Shown here piece after piece: positions 26,266 to 36,351 of a stretch of 64,000 bases of DNA. The notes beneath the pieces were generated by a model, which was not told the DNA's origin, made no database searches, and saw only the letters and a list, made by a program, of their open reading frames with translations. Both the position numbers and the translations under genes were made by a program. Position 1 is the first letter of the stretch, and each line of letters begins with the position of its first letter. The stretch is from Gammaproteobacteria bacterium (GTDB lineage Bacteria > Pseudomonadota > Gammaproteobacteria > Arenicellales > UBA868). Location: the NCBI GenBank assembly GCA_022451485.1, contig JAKUQS010000006.1, positions 23,648 to 87,647 of the forward strand, in the 5' to 3' direction.

Positions 26266-28329
26266 ATGTCTGCCCGCCTAGGGATTGATGTTGGAGGGAC
26301 GTTTACGAACTTATCCCTTCTGGATGAGCGTTCAGGGAACATATATGCGGCAAAGATTCCGTCGACACTTGGCGATCCCACGTCAAGGATCTTTTCTGGA
26401 CTGGATGAACTCCTCGAAATCAGCGACGTGTCGGCCGCAGACATCGCGACGGTTGTTAACAGCACGTCGTTACCCTCGGCGGTCGTTGCTGAACGAAATG
26501 GCTCGAAAGTCGCTCTACTTACCACTCAAGGCTTTGAACACATACTTCTTCTAGGAGGGGTATCGGAGGATTCTGCCTCATCCAATCCCCATACGGCCAT
26601 CCAGGCAGAACCACTGGCGGATCTTGCGCTGACGCGCGGTATTCCGGAACGTATGTCATCCGACGGACAAATCCTACAGCCACTGGACGACTCGGTTGCG
26701 TCGGCTCTGATCCAGGAGATTATTCACCTAGGGGCGGAACATATAGCCGTATCACTACTTCATTCCTACGCTAATCCTTTACACGAACGCATTCTCCGTG
26801 ACCTGATATCAAACATTGCTCCGGATTTACCCGTGACACTATCGAGCGAATTACGACGGGTCTTTCATGAGTTTGAGCGCACGTCTCTCGCAGTGATGAA
26901 CGCCTATGTTCAGCACAGCATGATCACCCATTTAAAAAGTCTAGGGGACAAATTCGCAGACCTGTCTGCACCCCCGCATATATTTGTAGCACGATCGGAT
27001 GGCGGGCTCATGGGTTTAGAGCGCGCGCAACGCACTCCGATCTTCGCTGCGCTGTCCAGTTCTGCATGCGCCGCAGGGGCCGCCCACAGCATTGCCTCTT
27101 CCGCTAACTGTGGCGATACGATCGCGTTAGACTGGGGAGGAAACACAACAGAAATTACACTGCTCCATCAGACTCTACGGCCACCTTTACGAGACGGATC
27201 GCTCGGTCCCTATTGCCTTGGACTTCCAACACTGGGCACGCGACACATTGGAGGCGGCGCAGGCTCTGTTATTGATATCCCAATAACAGGAAAGATTCGT
27301 ATAAAGAGCGACACCTATAATGGCCCTGGTCCGGCGTGTTACGGACTTGGCGGCACCGTCGCAACACTAACCGATGCCAATGTGATCTTGGGTCGACTAC
27401 CCTGCGAATTCCTGGCCGGGCGTATTCCAATCGATATCGAGGCGGCCGAGACAGCGGTGTCCGTCGCGGGAAAAGCGCTTGGGATGAATCCTGTAGAGGC
27501 AGCCCAAGCGATAATTGATGTTGCGAACGAGAAAGTTTACGGCGCCATACGTCAGCTCATGTCAGAACGACATTCGGATGACAAAGAATTCAACTTGATT
27601 GCGTTTGGGGGCGCTGGCCCAATGCACGCGAACGCCATAGGAATCCTCGGAAATATGTTCCCTGTTGTAATACCAGCCCAACCAGGCATGGTATCGGCTC
27701 ACGGCGCCCTATTCGCATCACAACGCCATGAGCTGGCCCAGACCATACTCAAGCCGGTTACTCATATAACCGGACAACTGCTCGATGATGCACTGGACAA
27801 GCTACAAACTCACGTCAGTACACAATTGCAAGAAGATGGATCAACTAACGACCAGTACACATTCCTGGCAGAGGCTGATCTTCGTTACTGTGGCGATAGC
27901 AGCGAGATTACACTCCCCTTAAATGTTGTCGACCCAAGTGCGGACCTTTCTCAACTAGAAGCACAGTTTATGCGGGCCCATCAGAACTTGTGCGGATTTG
28001 AGATGGATTTACCAGTTGAGATCGTCAACTTGCGAATCATCGGGTATACACAATCTCAAGTAACGACATCAAACGCCAAACATCAAGCCCGAAGGTCAGA
28101 ATCCACCCCACCCAATCAATGCCGAACCTATTTTGATGGGAGTTTCCTCGACACCAAGGTCTATGAGCGCGCAGATTTGATGCCCGATGAGTCCGTTTCG
28201 GGCCCGGCTGTAATCCTCCAATACGATGCCACCACCCTAATTCACCCAGGCCATGTCGCCCATGTTACTCCCGAGGGCACGCTTTTGATTAAACCTCAAA
28301 CACCGACGGATAACGCGACACTATCGTGA
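26266..28329 (+). CDS. hyuA: Divergent hydantoinase/oxoprolinase A-type subunit (pair 3)
   Basis: LGIDVGGTFTNLSLLDE and overall collinearity with HyuA. The otherwise invariant HGTTVATN segment is replaced by NSTSLPSAVVAERNGSKV. AAGGAGA RBS precedes the ATG at 26266. Confidence 0.7.
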   Translation: MSARLGIDVGGTFTNLSLLDERSGNIYAAKIPSTLGDPTSRIFSGLDELLEISDVSAADIATVVNSTSLPSAVVAERNGSKVALLTTQGFEHILLLGGVSEDSASSNPHTAIQAEPLADLALTRGIPERMSSDGQILQPLDDSVASALIQEIIHLGAEHIAVSLLHSYANPLHERILRDLISNIAPDLPVTLSSELRRVFHEFERTSLAVMNAYVQHSMITHLKSLGDKFADLSAPPHIFVARSDGGLMGLERAQRTPIFAALSSSACAAGAAHSIASSANCGDTIALDWGGNTTEITLLHQTLRPPLRDGSLGPYCLGLPTLGTRHIGGGAGSVIDIPITGKIRIKSDTYNGPGPACYGLGGTVATLTDANVILGRLPCEFLAGRIPIDIEAAETAVSVAGKALGMNPVEAAQAIIDVANEKVYGAIRQLMSERHSDDKEFNLIAFGGAGPMHANAIGILGNMFPVVIPAQPGMVSAHGALFASQRHELAQTILKPVTHITGQLLDDALDKLQTHVSTQLQEDGSTNDQYTFLAEADLRYCGDSSEITLPLNVVDPSADLSQLEAQFMRAHQNLCGFEMDLPVEIVNLRIIGYTQSQVTTSNAKHQARRSESTPPNQCRTYFDGSFLDTKVYERADLMPDESVSGPAVILQYDATTLIHPGHVAHVTPEGTLLIKPQTPTDNATLS

Positions 28330-30617
28330 AGAAACCCACCCTTTCCCTGGATGAACTCGCGGCCGCCAATCAAAGCGAGTTTGATCAATTATTTGCAACA
28401 AGGATGGCGCTCAGCCCCCCGATCATCACCGATGGCGTTGCTCAAGCGCCTATACCAGCCCACCAAATAGCAAACGATACTGACAATGATGCGCCTTCTG
28501 TCGGACCACATATTGCTACCTTGCTGACAAACACTTACGCCAATGGCTGGTCATATGAAATTGTTGAACACGAGGTGGGGCCAAGAGACGTCCGAGTACT
28601 TTGTCGTCTAACAGCGATGGACCAAACTCGAATGCAGTTTGGCACGGCCGTTAACGATGGAAATATCGGAATCGCACTTCAACGAGCAACGGATGATGCG
28701 CTCGCCCGTTGTCATGCTGATCTGGCCCCAGAGACGCACGCTGACTTTGTCTCTGCCCACGGACATCAACGAACACACAAGGTAGCCGGGCCAACCAGCA
28801 CGCTAAGCCAAAGCGAGCAGATCTCCAAAGCTATAAAAGAAAATACCCGCGCTGGAGACGACATTGAAATCTCGCTGCCTCATATTGTGGAGACTGCGTT
28901 GACGTGCGCACGACGAGAAATGGACACTCTTCTTTTTGGTAGAGCCATGTCCTCTGGAATCCGCCTCCAGCGGGACGCCGGCACCCTGATCGCGGATCCC
29001 AACGGGTGTTTGCTGGTTGGGAATACCGAAACCGATTTACCCAAACTGTTACGGGAATCCATGTCTGATCTCGCTCCTGGGGATGTCATCCTACACAGTG
29101 ACCCATATAGCGCCGGGGGGGCTGGCGGGCACTTGAACGACTGGTGCATCGTAACTCCCATCTTTTTAGAGAGCCGACTTGTGGGATTTAGCTCGGCCTA
29201 CGGACATATGAGTGATGTCGGCAGTGAAGCACTTGGCAGTAACCCGGCGACCGCACATTCTATTTTTGGCGAAGGCCTGCGTATTCCACCCATTAAGCTA
29301 TACAAGAACGGCATCCTAAATCACGAATCGCTTGCAATTCTGACGAGCAATACCCGGACACCCGTCGCAAACCATCACGATCTACTGGCACTGGTAGCGG
29401 CCACAAGAATAGGTGAAGCCCGAGTGCTTCAATTGTGCGCGCGCTTTGGTGAACACAGCTATATCCGGGCAAGTGAAATACTGCAAGAACAGACACATCA
29501 GATGATGCGCAAAATCATATCCAAATACTTTCCCATTGAACCCCAATCATTTCACGACTACATAGATGATGACGGCTGTGAACACGGACCTTTTCGACTA
29601 AAAGTGACCATCTGGCGTGAAGGTGACAAAGCTTATGTAGATTGGACGGGCACGGATGCCCAAGCCCTCGGACCTATCAATCTTCATCTTCAGGAATCAA
29701 CTTTACAGAGTCTTGTGGGTCGCTACCTACTTCGTCGTGTCGACCCGGAGATGGAACCATGCGGCAGCGGCAACTCGTTATTTGACATCACACTTCCCAA
29801 AGGCTCACTCATTAAAGCCGCGTTTCCTGCAGCCTTGGGTAGCCGTAGACACGTGCTAGGTCGGTTACGGGATGTTTTAAATGGTGTATTCAGCCACTCA
29901 GCCGATTCGCTCGTCACAGCAGCAGGCGAATCCAGTCAGAGCCTTTTTACTTTTGTACCAGGTGATGATGCTCGAGGGCTACCGCTGTCTGAACCCCACT
30001 TTGGCGCCCTGCCAGCGCGCGCAGCTTCAGACGGAATTGATGGACCGAGCTGGGCACACAGCAGGAAACTATATTCTGTTGAGGCCATGGAACATCGGAC
30101 ACCAGTAAGAGTTGACTCCCGACGGTGTATTCCAGATTCCGGTGGTGCGGGAACCTTTCGGGGTGGTAACAGCGTAGCAACGATCTACCAATTTACAGCG
30201 CCCGGAGCGCTGTCGATTCAGGATGATCGCCAGAATGGCAGGCCGTGGGGTGTTTTTGGAGGCCAAGCTGGGTCTTGTTCTGAAAAGTCTTTAACCACGA
30301 AAAACGGTGAACAGCGAACAATCGCGGCTAAAGCGGACCGTGTATCGGTTTACCCAGGTGATAAACTGCATTATGTGGAGCCCGGTACTGGAGGCTGGGG
30401 AGATCCGCTGAGACGGTCCGTGGAAGCTGTCCAAAAAGACGTCGCACGCGGATTAACCACCATTGTGTCAGCCAAAAACGACTATGGGGTAATCATCGAT
30501 TCAGACACAGGGGCGGTTCAGGCGGAGGAAACCGACGCATTACGTCGACGTGTTATGGGTACACCTGGAAAACGCTTACATTTCGACTTTGGAAAGAAAG
30601 CAGCTCCCGAACCCTAA
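28326..30617 (+). CDS. hyuB: Hydantoinase B/oxoprolinase family subunit with ~190-aa N-terminal extension carrying the recurrent ~80-aa domain (pair 3)
   Basis: HyuB core begins near IVETALTCARREMDTLLFGRAMSSGIR and includes the SDPYSAGGAGGHLNDW motif. N-terminal residues ~55-135 (NGWSYEIVEHEVGPRDVRVLCRLTAMDQTRMQFGTAVNDGNIGIALQRATDDALARCHADL) are homologous to the protein at 24312-24752. GTG start overlaps the hyuA stop (GTGA). Confidence 0.75.
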   Translation: MKKPTLSLDELAAANQSEFDQLFATRMALSPPIITDGVAQAPIPAHQIANDTDNDAPSVGPHIATLLTNTYANGWSYEIVEHEVGPRDVRVLCRLTAMDQTRMQFGTAVNDGNIGIALQRATDDALARCHADLAPETHADFVSAHGHQRTHKVAGPTSTLSQSEQISKAIKENTRAGDDIEISLPHIVETALTCARREMDTLLFGRAMSSGIRLQRDAGTLIADPNGCLLVGNTETDLPKLLRESMSDLAPGDVILHSDPYSAGGAGGHLNDWCIVTPIFLESRLVGFSSAYGHMSDVGSEALGSNPATAHSIFGEGLRIPPIKLYKNGILNHESLAILTSNTRTPVANHHDLLALVAATRIGEARVLQLCARFGEHSYIRASEILQEQTHQMMRKIISKYFPIEPQSFHDYIDDDGCEHGPFRLKVTIWREGDKAYVDWTGTDAQALGPINLHLQESTLQSLVGRYLLRRVDPEMEPCGSGNSLFDITLPKGSLIKAAFPAALGSRRHVLGRLRDVLNGVFSHSADSLVTAAGESSQSLFTFVPGDDARGLPLSEPHFGALPARAASDGIDGPSWAHSRKLYSVEAMEHRTPVRVDSRRCIPDSGGAGTFRGGNSVATIYQFTAPGALSIQDDRQNGRPWGVFGGQAGSCSEKSLTTKNGEQRTIAAKADRVSVYPGDKLHYVEPGTGGWGDPLRRSVEAVQKDVARGLTTIVSAKNDYGVIIDSDTGAVQAEETDALRRRVMGTPGKRLHFDFGKKAAPEP

Positions 30618-30718
30618 ACGCCTATGGCCACGATACCACAGACCAAATCGATAAAATAACGCCGCCACAGGCATTACAATCAACTATTAGAAAGCCACAA
30701 AACAGCTGGAACGCGCCT

Positions 30719-33283
30719 ATGTCCATCGAAAGCCTAATCACTATCGTCCTAATAGCAATTGTTGCGATCGCTATTTTCTATATCATTTCTATCTGGGTCT
30801 ACAAACGGGCACCAGCCAATATGGGCTTCATCCGTACCGGTTTCGGTGGCACACGTGTCTGCCTCGGGCAAGGCGCCATTGTTCTACCTGTTTTCCACGA
30901 AGTCTCATGGGTGTCGCTGGAAACTATTAAATTGATCGTCGGTCGCGCGCGTGATCAGGCCATTTTGACGCACGACAATATCCGCATTGACGTCGTTGCT
31001 GAACTCTATACTCACGTTGGGCACACTGCCGACTCCCTTCTCATTGCAAGCAGAAGTCTGGGCCAAAAGACATTCGATCCCGACACGGTTCGTAGTCTCC
31101 TTGAAGCAAAAATCATCAGCGCATTGCGGAGCTACGCGGCGACAAAAGATCTAGCGGAACTACATGAAAATCGAGACACCTTCGCACGCGACATAAAATC
31201 ACAGGTTATCGAAAGCTTCAGCGCAAATGGTCTTGTCCTGGAAGAAGTCACCATTGTCTCGATGGAGCAAACGGGAAAAGAGTACTTCAAGACCGATAAT
31301 GTCTTCGATGCAGAAGGCCTACGAATCATTACCGAGATCACATCACGGGCGAAACGGGACGTCCACGAAACCGAAAAACGAACCAGTGTGGCGATTCGAC
31401 AGAAGGAATTAGAGACTCAACTCGAATTGCTCGAAATCGAACGTCAAGAGGCGTTTGCTCGTTCGGTACAAGATCGGGCCATCTCCAACGAACAAGCCCT
31501 TCATGTCGGTGAAAAGCAACGTTACGTCCTCGATCAAAAACTATCTGTTGAACAAAAGGAGATCGAAAACGAACGTCTGGTTGAACAACTCAGAACTGAG
31601 CGTGATGTAGCCATCATCGAAGAGTCACAAAAACGTGAATCTTCAGAAATTGAGAAAGGCAAACTGATCGAGCAACAACGACGAGATCGTGAGATCGTAC
31701 TCATTGAAAAAGCGAAACAGGAGGAATTAGCCGAAATCACACGCAAACTCGATCTTGACAAAGCAGAAAAGGATCGGCAGATAGAGCTCGTTGAGAAAAC
31801 GAAACAGGAGGAGCTCGCTCAAATCACACGTGAGGTGTCATTGGATGCGGCCCAAAAGGATAAACAAATACGATTGATCGCCAACGAACAAGAGCGGGAA
31901 GAAGCCGAAATTGAACGCCAGACGGTCATCACCGCTCGCGAGGAAAGCGCCCGCCTTGAACGGAGTAAAGTTGCAGAACAGGCGGAAATCGCCATCAGTC
32001 AGGAAAAACTCAAAACCCGATTAGCTCTTCTCGATGTTAATAAACAGGATGCCCTTTCCACCTCCTCTCAGGAGAAAGACGTTGCGGAAGCTCAGGCTAC
32101 CCTGTTGAGTGAAAAACAGCGATTCCTGCTCGAAGAGAAATGGAAAGTTGAACAAGAGGAAATCAACAAAGAGTTGGAACTCGAGAAAGCCCAAATCGCG
32201 AAAGATACGTCGATTCTAAGTGAGTCCCAAAAACGGGAGACGGCAGAGGTCCAACGTTCCCTGGCGCGGCAAAGTGAGGAGCGAAATCGGGAAATCGCTT
32301 TATCCGCAAAAGATGCTGACCTTGAATTGGCGGCTGCAAAACGCCTAGAGGCCACGGCATCCCGACAGCAGGCCGAACATAATGCCGACTCAGTCCGACA
32401 TATCGCTGACGCGGAACGTCAAAAGATCATCGACCTGATAGAGGCTGAAAATAACGCGGATACACGCCGTGTAGAAGAGGAAAATAACGCCGAAATCACG
32501 CGAATGCATATGCTTGCGCAGGCCGATGCGAGGAAAGAAGCGGCTGAGCGTGAAGCCACAGCAACTCTCACCCGCGCCCAGGCGACCAGTGATGCACAAC
32601 AAATCTCCGCCATTGGGATCGAGAAGGAAGCAGCCGCTAAAGGGCGGGCCGAAATGGAGATCGAACAACTGAGAGTTGCGAACACACAACGCATGCTGGA
32701 AGCAGAAGCAAGTGGAATTGAGGCAAAAGCAGATGCTTTGAAGAAATATAACGATGCGGCTACCTTTCTAGAACTATCGAAAATGCATATAGAAGCTGAA
32801 CGCGATGTTCGTAGTGATCAGGCTAAAGCGATGGGTAATGCGCTACAGGGCGCCCAAATAAGAATGTATGGTGGCAGTGATGACGGAACCATAGACAACA
32901 TCCGCGGCCTGTTTACCTCCGGTTTTGGGATTGGAGAGGCACTTGAAGGCCTCGCTCAGTCCCTACCCGAAGGGCTACGCCAGCGATTTGCTCAGAATGG
33001 CGTACGCGGCCTTTTTGGAACGCCAAATGGCGCAGGTCGCTTCCAGGAAGCAGTCGCTGCTGTGGGCACATTACTCCAGGGCACTTTAAAGACAAAACGT
33101 GAGCGCGAAGCCACAACTTTTCAGGACGCGGTGCAAATATTGGAAGAGGCCGCAGGCGCAGACACAGCACAGTTAGAAGCTGTTGCAACGCTTTCCCAAT
33201 TTAACCAAGACGGCGTTTTTAACGAAGTCCCATTTGAAACTGTATGGAGTCTGGTCCTCGCCACATCAAAGGCGGTAAATTAA
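30719..33283 (+). CDS. Flotillin / SPFH (band-7) family protein with extended coiled-coil region
   Basis: N-terminal TM (IVLIAIVAIAIFYIISIWVY), SPFH core (GFIRTGFGGTRVCLGQGAIVLPVFHEVSWVSLETIKL...) and about 450 aa of E/A/Q/K/R-rich heptad-like sequence. At 854 aa it is well beyond the typical ~500-550 aa of YqiK/flotillin homologs. Confidence 0.75.
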   Translation: MSIESLITIVLIAIVAIAIFYIISIWVYKRAPANMGFIRTGFGGTRVCLGQGAIVLPVFHEVSWVSLETIKLIVGRARDQAILTHDNIRIDVVAELYTHVGHTADSLLIASRSLGQKTFDPDTVRSLLEAKIISALRSYAATKDLAELHENRDTFARDIKSQVIESFSANGLVLEEVTIVSMEQTGKEYFKTDNVFDAEGLRIITEITSRAKRDVHETEKRTSVAIRQKELETQLELLEIERQEAFARSVQDRAISNEQALHVGEKQRYVLDQKLSVEQKEIENERLVEQLRTERDVAIIEESQKRESSEIEKGKLIEQQRRDREIVLIEKAKQEELAEITRKLDLDKAEKDRQIELVEKTKQEELAQITREVSLDAAQKDKQIRLIANEQEREEAEIERQTVITAREESARLERSKVAEQAEIAISQEKLKTRLALLDVNKQDALSTSSQEKDVAEAQATLLSEKQRFLLEEKWKVEQEEINKELELEKAQIAKDTSILSESQKRETAEVQRSLARQSEERNREIALSAKDADLELAAAKRLEATASRQQAEHNADSVRHIADAERQKIIDLIEAENNADTRRVEEENNAEITRMHMLAQADARKEAAEREATATLTRAQATSDAQQISAIGIEKEAAAKGRAEMEIEQLRVANTQRMLEAEASGIEAKADALKKYNDAATFLELSKMHIEAERDVRSDQAKAMGNALQGAQIRMYGGSDDGTIDNIRGLFTSGFGIGEALEGLAQSLPEGLRQRFAQNGVRGLFGTPNGAGRFQEAVAAVGTLLQGTLKTKREREATTFQDAVQILEEAAGADTAQLEAVATLSQFNQDGVFNEVPFETVWSLVLATSKAVN
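31714..31887 (+). repeat. In-frame tandem duplication, 2 x 87 nt, inside the flotillin coiled-coil
   Basis: Protein units IEKAKQEELAEITRKLDLDKAEKDRQIELV and EKTKQEELAQITREVSLDAAQKDKQIRLI. Nucleotide units aaacaggaggaattagccgaaatcacacg.. and aaacaggaggagctcgctcaaatcacacg.. are about 75% identical. Confidence 0.6.
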
Positions 33284-33307
33284 CCACGCTTACCATAGCC
33301 ACTAGTT

Positions 33308-34390
33308 ATGCCTGACTATGACGTCGTTCTAACTGACGTCTGCAAGACCTACCCCGGGGACACCCGCGCGGTTATCGATTTCAACGCCAGCATTGAAAGG
33401 GGTTCTTTTGTTGCCATGTTAGGCCCTAGTGGCTGCGGGAAAACAACCACGCTGCGAATGATTGGAGGCCTCGAGGAGGTAACAACAGGTAAAATTTACC
33501 TCAGCGGAAAGGATGTTACTGACCTACCGCCATCACAACGCGACACGTCGATGATGTTTCAGAGCTTTGCGCTCTTTCCACATCGCACCGTATTACAGAA
33601 CGTCGAATTCAGTCTTAAGATGCGAGGAATCGAATCGAACGAGCGACGCCGACAAGCGCAGGACATGATCGAACTCGTCGGCCTGACCGAATTAACAGAC
33701 CGCTTTCCCCGGGATCTAAGCGGCGGTCAACGCCAGCGGGTCGCACTGGGGAGAGCCCTGATCAGCCGCCCTACCGTTCTACTCTTAGACGAACCCCTTG
33801 GTTCATTGGATTACAGCCTTCGACAAGCCATGATGGTTGAATTAAAAAAGATTCAACAAGAGATCGGTATAACATTCATCATGGTGACACATTCTCAACA
33901 AGAAGCGCTCTCTATGGCTGATTCAGTTATCGTTATGAGTGATGCTGTTATTCAACAAACAGGCACATCCAGAGAAATCAATGAAATGCCTCGCACACGA
34001 TTTGTTGCTGAATTTATCGGAAACAATAACCTCTTTGAAGGGATTCTTACCTCAGTTAGTGGTTCTATCGCACTAATAGAACATGGTGACTCGATGTTCT
34101 ATGTAAATGTCTCGGACGACCATCTCCATCACACTGTCGGATCATCCGTCTCACTTTCGGTTCGAGCGGATTGTGTCGTCACGGGGACGAATTCAGATAT
34201 GGCCAACCGTATTGATGCAACCTATGTAGCGACAGAATATTTGGGATCCCTTGAAACAGATGTTTTTGAGTTTGCGCCAAACCACTACGTGCATGTCGAA
34301 CAACATCGGGCCAGCAAAAATCGCACCTATCAAGTTGGTGAAAAAGAAACGTTATGTTGGTCCGCTGTTTCTGCTGTTTTGCTGGACTGA
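33308..34390 (+). CDS. ABC transporter ATP-binding protein, PotA-like with C-terminal TOBE-type domain
   Basis: Walker A GPSGCGKTT, Q-loop, signature LSGGQRQRVALGRAL and Walker B LLLDEPL. 360 aa as in polyamine/opine-type importer ATPases. Confidence 0.85.
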   Translation: MPDYDVVLTDVCKTYPGDTRAVIDFNASIERGSFVAMLGPSGCGKTTTLRMIGGLEEVTTGKIYLSGKDVTDLPPSQRDTSMMFQSFALFPHRTVLQNVEFSLKMRGIESNERRRQAQDMIELVGLTELTDRFPRDLSGGQRQRVALGRALISRPTVLLLDEPLGSLDYSLRQAMMVELKKIQQEIGITFIMVTHSQQEALSMADSVIVMSDAVIQQTGTSREINEMPRTRFVAEFIGNNNLFEGILTSVSGSIALIEHGDSMFYVNVSDDHLHHTVGSSVSLSVRADCVVTGTNSDMANRIDATYVATEYLGSLETDVFEFAPNHYVHVEQHRASKNRTYQVGEKETLCWSAVSAVLLD

Positions 34391-34510
34391 GGCCAAAGTT
34401 ACGTAACACGAGACTGCTGCTCCTCGTCGTACAGATAGCAGTGAGTGGCCTCCACGCTTCCCTGTGAAAAACGACTCGTTTGATCAATCCAATCTCGGTC
34501 CGAAACGTCG

Positions 34511-35344
34511 TTAATTGATGCGCCGATACAATAGGCTATAAATTCCTAAAAACAGTCCAATCATTAACAAGGAAAATAAAGTAGATGCAGTACCAAGCGC
34601 AAAAAGCGTAGGCCGTATGCGCTGAGTCATAGAGGCGTTAATGTCTAACGGTAACGTATTAAACTCTCCCGCTAGAAGCGTTGTTCTGGCAAATTCATCG
34701 TATGACAAGGTGAAACCAAATAAGCCCGCCGCCACAACGCCGGGCAACACAAGCGGAAAGGTGACCTCTTTAAACACAGTCCATTCGTCTGCACCCATAT
34801 CTCGAGCTGCTTCCTCTAGGCTGGTATCGAATCGATTAAATACGGCCATCATCACCAGGAATCCAAACGGCAAAGTCCAAACAACATGCACCCCCAAACC
34901 TGAAGACCACCAGGCTGCTGGCATTCCTATCTGCCGCAGCAGGGTGGCCAGACCCAAGCTAAGCAGGATACCCGGAACCATTAATCCAGCCATTACCATA
35001 TAAAACAGAACATTCGCTCCAAAGAATTTTTTTCTAAATGCCATAGCTAGCATCGTGGAGAAAACTGCAGTAATCACCATAACAATTAAAGCCAATATTA
35101 AGGATCGCAGTAATGCCCCCTGCATATCGCCAACCGTAGATGGTTCAATTAGCTTTTCCCACCAGTACAGGCTTACCCCACGCATTGGGAAACTCGTACC
35201 GCCTCGACGCCCTTGAAAGGAAAGAATGAACATCGCAATCATTGGACCGTAAATAAACAAAATAAATAGCGCGTAATAACTGCTAAACAACGTAGTAATC
35301 CACGCCTTTTTTTTCTTTTGTGGGGTCCATCGCGCCATGCTCAC
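34511..35344 (-). CDS. ABC transporter permease, PotC-like
   Basis: 277 aa, 6 TM, PotC/ModB-like inner membrane component. Overlaps the upstream permease by 4 nt. Confidence 0.75.
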   Translation of the reverse strand: MSMARWTPQKKKKAWITTLFSSYYALFILFIYGPMIAMFILSFQGRRGGTSFPMRGVSLYWWEKLIEPSTVGDMQGALLRSLILALIVMVITAVFSTMLAMAFRKKFFGANVLFYMVMAGLMVPGILLSLGLATLLRQIGMPAAWWSSGLGVHVVWTLPFGFLVMMAVFNRFDTSLEEAARDMGADEWTVFKEVTFPLVLPGVVAAGLFGFTLSYDEFARTTLLAGEFNTLPLDINASMTQRIRPTLFALGTASTLFSLLMIGLFLGIYSLLYRRIN

Positions 35345-36351
35345 AGCTCCTTCCTGATATTAACCAGGCGCAAGATGATAATAACGCCTGCCATCATGGC
35401 TAACATCAGCATAATGGCGTTGACCGCGGCAAATGGGTAATTAGCTATCGCATAGTAGTTCAGGATCACGGTTCCAACGGTACTGGTTTTCCCCCCGTAT
35501 ACCACGACAGCAGTCGCAAATTCACCCATTAACATCACGAAAATAAAAATCATTCCAATGGCTACTCCCGGTAACGACAACGGGAGAATTATTTCTCTAA
35601 AGATTTGAAATGCTGTGGCACCCATGTCTTTAGCCGCCTCTATGATATCTGCATCAATTTTGGCTAAAGAAAAGAAAATAGGGCCAACGCACAAAACTAC
35701 ATAGATCTGTACTAGCGCTGTGGTATACCCAAATTCTGAATACAAAAGAACCCGCGTTGGTTTATCAATCACATCCAGAGCCAACAACATCGAATTCAAC
35801 AGCCCTCGGCGCCCTAACATCGGCAGCCAGGCAACGGCCCGTATCAAATAGCTAGTCCAGAACGGAACCATACAAAGAAGAAACAACGCCATCTGCCACT
35901 TGAAACTATTAACACGCATTGCTAGAAAATAAGCAATGGGATAACCGATCAAGAGACATAACAACATGACCTCAAACGTAAACCGGAAAGTGCTCCCCAA
36001 TGTTTTAACAAAGACGCTTGGGCTGAGAAAGCGCCGACTCTCCGGATCAAAGAAGCCATCCGAAACAAAATACTCTGCGTAATTCTGAAGATGGAAGCCC
36101 GGCTGCAACCCATGCCCGGTCGAGGTCCAGAAACTGAAGATAAAAATACTGATCAAAGGGATGACTAAAAACAACAATAGCCACACAACGCTCGGCGCTA
36201 CTAACCATCCCGTAGAAAAGCCACCTTCCCGTGAGGCTTGCCTTGTAACGGGTTGATCCGTGGCTGCCGGCGCGGGCTGAGCACCAATGAGGCCTCGGTG
36301 CAACGATACATCCCTCTCTTCCATCCGACTCCCGCGCATTTGGGCTGCCAC
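35341..36351 (-). CDS. ABC transporter permease, PotB-like
   Basis: 336 aa with EAA-type loop region and a ~45-aa N-terminal extension before the first TM. Confidence 0.75.
   Translation of the reverse strand: MAAQMRGSRMEERDVSLHRGLIGAQPAPAATDQPVTRQASREGGFSTGWLVAPSVVWLLLFLVIPLISIFIFSFWTSTGHGLQPGFHLQNYAEYFVSDGFFDPESRRFLSPSVFVKTLGSTFRFTFEVMLLCLLIGYPIAYFLAMRVNSFKWQMALFLLCMVPFWTSYLIRAVAWLPMLGRRGLLNSMLLALDVIDKPTRVLLYSEFGYTTALVQIYVVLCVGPIFFSLAKIDADIIEAAKDMGATAFQIFREIILPLSLPGVAIGMIFIFVMLMGEFATAVVVYGGKTSTVGTVILNYYAIANYPFAAVNAIMLMLAMMAGVIIILRLVNIRKEL

Noticed and set aside
28326-33283. Possibility that the Rad52-like-looking domain plus flotillin represent a phage-defence or recombination module
   Set aside because: There are no nucleases, helicases, methyltransferases or other phage genes nearby. 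The domain is always attached to or near HyuB. A metabolic accessory-subunit role is more parsimonious, and the Rad52 resemblance is kept only as a low-confidence structural hypothesis.
34641-35003. 120-aa + strand ORF inside the PotC-like permease gene
   Set aside because: Antisense to a clear membrane-permease gene, so spurious.
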